Shown here: positions 60,585 through 64,000 of the stretch, in pieces
How the letters are laid out: the number at the start of each line of letters is the position of its first letter
Position numbering within the stretch: the first letter of the stretch is position 1
Origin: Octopus sinensis
Taxonomy: Eukaryota
Assembly: GCF_006345805.1 (NCBI RefSeq)
Contig: NC_043000.1
Coordinates: 71,734,001-71,798,000 of the forward strand
Reading direction: 5' to 3'
Length of the DNA: 64,000 bases
Notes under the pieces: model-generated
The model's input: only the letters and a program-made list of their open reading frames with translations
Databases searched by the model: none
What the model was told of the DNA's origin: nothing
Position numbers and translations under genes: made by a program

Positions 60585-62030
60585 TCTCTCTATATATAAA
60601 ACTGAGAATGTATGTCTGTCTGTGAGTTTCCCTAAAACTTGAGAACTACACAACCAATTTCATTCAAATTTTACACATGCCTTACTTATGGTCCACGTAG
60701 TTTCATGGGCAAAAAAAAAAATGTTCAACTTCTTGCCTAGGGCGAGCCCATAGCAATATCATATCTTCTCCACTATTTCAGTATTACGTGTTAAAAGTGA
60801 AACAAAAACATTTCTCTATTTTATGTCAGATACTTTCACTTTAACAATAAAAATAATAATAAGAATTGAATTATATGTAGTAATAATTAATATCAAACTA
60901 AAGTATAATATAATCGTAACATAACAAAAGTAAAAATAGCAATTGGTATAAAATTGCATCAATGACTTGAACTTGAATAAGTGGTTTCACATGAATGGGA
61001 ATAAATTAAAAATAAAATTAGTGTGCAGAAATGGAATAGTCCAGATGGAGCTGTGCACATATCATTTACCACGGCTTTTACATTAGATTATCTGCGAATT
61101 AGCTAGCATTAAGTATCTGTATGAAGTTTGGCTGTATGTAATGTCTGTTTTCTCGAACTGAGTACTGCTGTTGGTTTATTTCTTATACATAAAGGACTAT
61201 AGCTTCAACTGCGTACTGCTTTTTGATTCACCGTAAGGTTTGTTGTTATTATTATTACTGTTTAACTATTGTTATCATGTTTGTTGGTTCCTCGTAAGGG
61301 AAACATTGTTGTGTTACATTTGTTAAATAGCTGTAAACCATAACCCTCCCCCTTTGGGAGAAGGAGCTTTGGTTATTACTTAAAAATTGAATTGTGTCCC
61401 TGTTTAGGGAAATTGATAATATTTTCACCGTTTATACGGAAGCATTTTTGTTAAAATGCCTTCGATAGTAGAAAGTCCAAAAATGAATTTCGTTGCGGCC
61501 GTCGGCGGGCGCGAACTCATTAAAATTATAATGGAATAAATTCAAACCTATTTCGGATTGATCACCGACAAAGACGGTGAATCTAGGATAACACCACCAA
61601 ACGAAATAAAAAATTAAATTAAAGAAAAGACTATCGTCTATAAAGTATACAATGTGGAGAAAAAGAAGATGTGAACATCTGGAGGAAAGCACCATCGAAA
61701 AGTGTCTTGGTGCAATTATGAAAGATATCTAACCAGAGGCGGTAAATTCGCCACAATAGAAGCAAGGTTCGAGTCAACGGAGCGTGCAAGGGAATACTCG
61801 ACTCGAACCTTGCGAAGTGGAAATATTTTATTTTTACCTTTATATCTGGGACGTAGGACGTCTCGGAAAAAAATTTTAAATGCCCTCCCCACCCCAGAAG
61901 TAGAGGTAGGCTGGATTGTAGCCACTCTTCTATACAAGAGGGAGGACAAGATACAATTGATCGAAATTGCAAGATCTTTTATGTTTGAAGGACGGAAATT
62001 TCTACTTAACTAAAAAATTTGAAACTTCGT
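60585..62030 (+). mobile_element. Helitron-family 5' segment carrying a degenerate ORF1-like reading frame (about 61478-62013)
   Basis: Start atctctctatatataaaactgag. 60935-61010, 61235-61500 and 61915-61970 match the reverse complement of 24130-24510 in the Helitron at 22587-24921. The 3' end was not found. Confidence 0.65.
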
Positions 62031-62236
62031 ATACTGGTAGAATGTGTCAAAAGAAAACATTAATTTCGATTAGTTTTTTTGAGAAAATTGTATTTTGTAA
62101 CTTTTACTTAGTCTAATTCTTCGAATTTTTTAACCAATCGTATTCTCTGTTTCGATCTGAAATCATTTGCTCCGTCTAAACATACTATCTACAGTGACGT
62201 AGACAGCTATTTTGTGACGTAGTTAACGTAAACATC

Positions 62237-62470
62237 TAAACAGCGTGTGTTTTGTATAAAATTATTCGTTTGAAAAGCTTCATATCCTAAACAGTGCGGG
62301 TATATATTGCTTGTTGCTGCTGCTTTATAAAATTTTAAACAGCGTGTGTTTTGTATAAAATTATTCGTTTGAAAAGCTTCATATCCTAAACAGCGCGGGT
62401 ATATATTGCTTGTTGCTGCTGCTTCATAAAATTTTAAACAGCATGTGTTTTGTATAAAATTATTCGTTTG
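62237..62470. repeat. 99-bp tandem repeat, about 2.4 copies, upstream of the Merlin transposase
   Basis: Units start at 62237, 62336 and 62435 (taaacagcgtgtgttttgtataaaattattcg). Confidence 0.9.
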
Positions 62471-62490
62471 TAAAACAGCTAAGTTATTCG

Positions 62491-63370
62491 TTGTTTAAAA
62501 TAGCTAGTCAAGGTGAATTGTTTGTTACCATTAAATCGGAGGAAGATGCCGCATCTTTCTTGGCAGCAAAGGGTATTATACCTAGCAGTAAGAAGTGTAA
62601 AACAGGACACCAAATGATAAAGAAATTGGTAGCGAATAATGTTTGCTGGCGGTGTAGTCGCAAAGGCTGCAATCAGAAGTTGTCTGTCCGGAAGGGAACC
62701 TGGCTTGAAGGCTGCACGCTCCCTCTGCGGACTGTAGTCCTTTTTTTGTACTCTTGGGTCAAGGAACTGACTACAAGAACTGGGGATGAGCCACTGTTCA
62801 GCTGTGGATTACAACAATTATGTGCGAGAAATATGCGCGCATGACTTGCTAATGAACCCAGTTGTAATAGGTGGTCCTGGGAAGATTGTCGAGATAGACG
62901 AGACAGTCTTCTCTAGGAGGAAGTTTAATCGAGGAAGGGTGTTACCTCAGCAATGGGTATTCGGTGGAGTGTGTCGTGAGACCAGAGAAGTTTTCCTTTA
63001 TGCAGTACCTTCTCGGAATCGCGACACACTCGAAGAATGCATCCGTCGCTCGATCCTCCCAGGTACCACAATATTTAGTGACCTGTGGCGCGCTTATTCA
63101 CATATTCCAGAGATCGAGGGATACAATTTTCGGCATAGAACGGTGAACCACAGCGTCGAGTTTGTTAACTCCGTTGACAACACACATACCCAATAAATAG
63201 AGAGTACTTGGGCGTGTTTAAAACGGGGTAACAAGCGTCGTTGTGGTACACATCGTTCTATGATTGACTCGTATCTCTGCGAATTCATGTGGCGGCGCAG
63301 ACACGAGAAAAGTGACCTTTGGGAGGAATTGCTGGCAAACATTAGAAATTTCTCAATCATGAATATGGAC
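62491..63370 (+). pseudogene. Merlin (IS1595/ISXO2-like DDE) transposase, frameshifted with a premature stop
   Basis: GGPGKIVEIDETVFSRRKFNRGR, WVFGGVCR, TTIFSDLWRAY, TVNHS, HTQ*IESTW, YLCEFMWRRR. Confidence 0.9.
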
Positions 63371-64000
63371 TAGTTTAATTTGAACTGGGTTCATTAGCAG
63401 GTCATGTGCGCCTATTCCTTGCACATAAGTGTTATAGGTCACAGCTGCATTGTGGCTCATCCCCAGTTCTACTAAGGTTGTGGGCAACCACAAGATATTT
63501 TTTTTGTCCAGCTTCTTCACATTCTGCTTAACAGTTTGTTTCCGCAGTGATCACTTCAAATAAGCATGCTCAAAAAATTGTTAATAAAAAATTGTTAATA
63601 ACAAAAAATTATTGATAAAAACATTTTAAAAGTTTTTACAACATTATGGTGTAAATCATCTTGTTGCCTCTTTCAGTTTCTTCAGAATCGGTGCTTTCCC
63701 CTTTCATTCTTTTAAATATATTTGTGTAGGAATTGCCAATTTCTTCTTCATGCCCTTACTTACAATTCTTAGTGCAGGTTTTTTCCCTGCTGCCGGGGTC
63801 GATAGATTAAGTACCCGTTGCTTACTGGGCACAATGTAATCGACTGGCCCACTTCCTCCAAAATTTCGGAACTTCTCCCTAGACTACCAAAAGAGGAAAT
63901 TAAAAATTGATTCAATCACTGTTTGTATCTTTCAATGAAACTTGCTTTCAAATGTATTACACACCTGTTGCATAATTGCAGCGTCTCCATGAACTCTTCT

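Overview
AT-rich, repeat-dense animal genomic DNA, most likely coleoid cephalopod (Octopus-like). This is inferred from the tRNA-derived SINE families, RTE LINEs with (GAT)n tails and (TA)n/(CA)n microsatellites, not proven. One clear host coding exon is present: TMEM169-like, 47418-48107 (+). Two small minus-strand exons missed by the ORF track (11885-11933 and 2752-2826) splice in frame into a candidate complex I NDUFA3/B9-like gene behind an E-box/ETS promoter. The rest is nested mobile DNA: RTE and CR1 LINEs, about ten SINEs, three Gypsy remnants, Penelope-like elements (PLEs), four Helitrons, a Merlin (IS1595-like) and a hAT/Buster transposase pseudogene, and several foldback/MITE-like inverted repeats. 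Best second-look items: (1) four minimal, probably dimer-dependent type I hammerhead ribozymes at PLE ends, two with a CUGUCGA core variant; (2) a 1.4-kb ORF1-only retroelement inserted with a 17-bp TSD into a SINE tRNA head, with a homologue of its ORF carried by a Helitron family; (3) a 1.9-kb foldback element with GG termini and an 8-bp TSD matching Merlin rules; (4) a foldback element whose arms each carry an outward-facing CCAAT/TATA layout; (5) long near-perfect hairpins. All coordinates and alignments were read by eye, and element boundaries are approximate unless a TSD or terminal motif is quoted.
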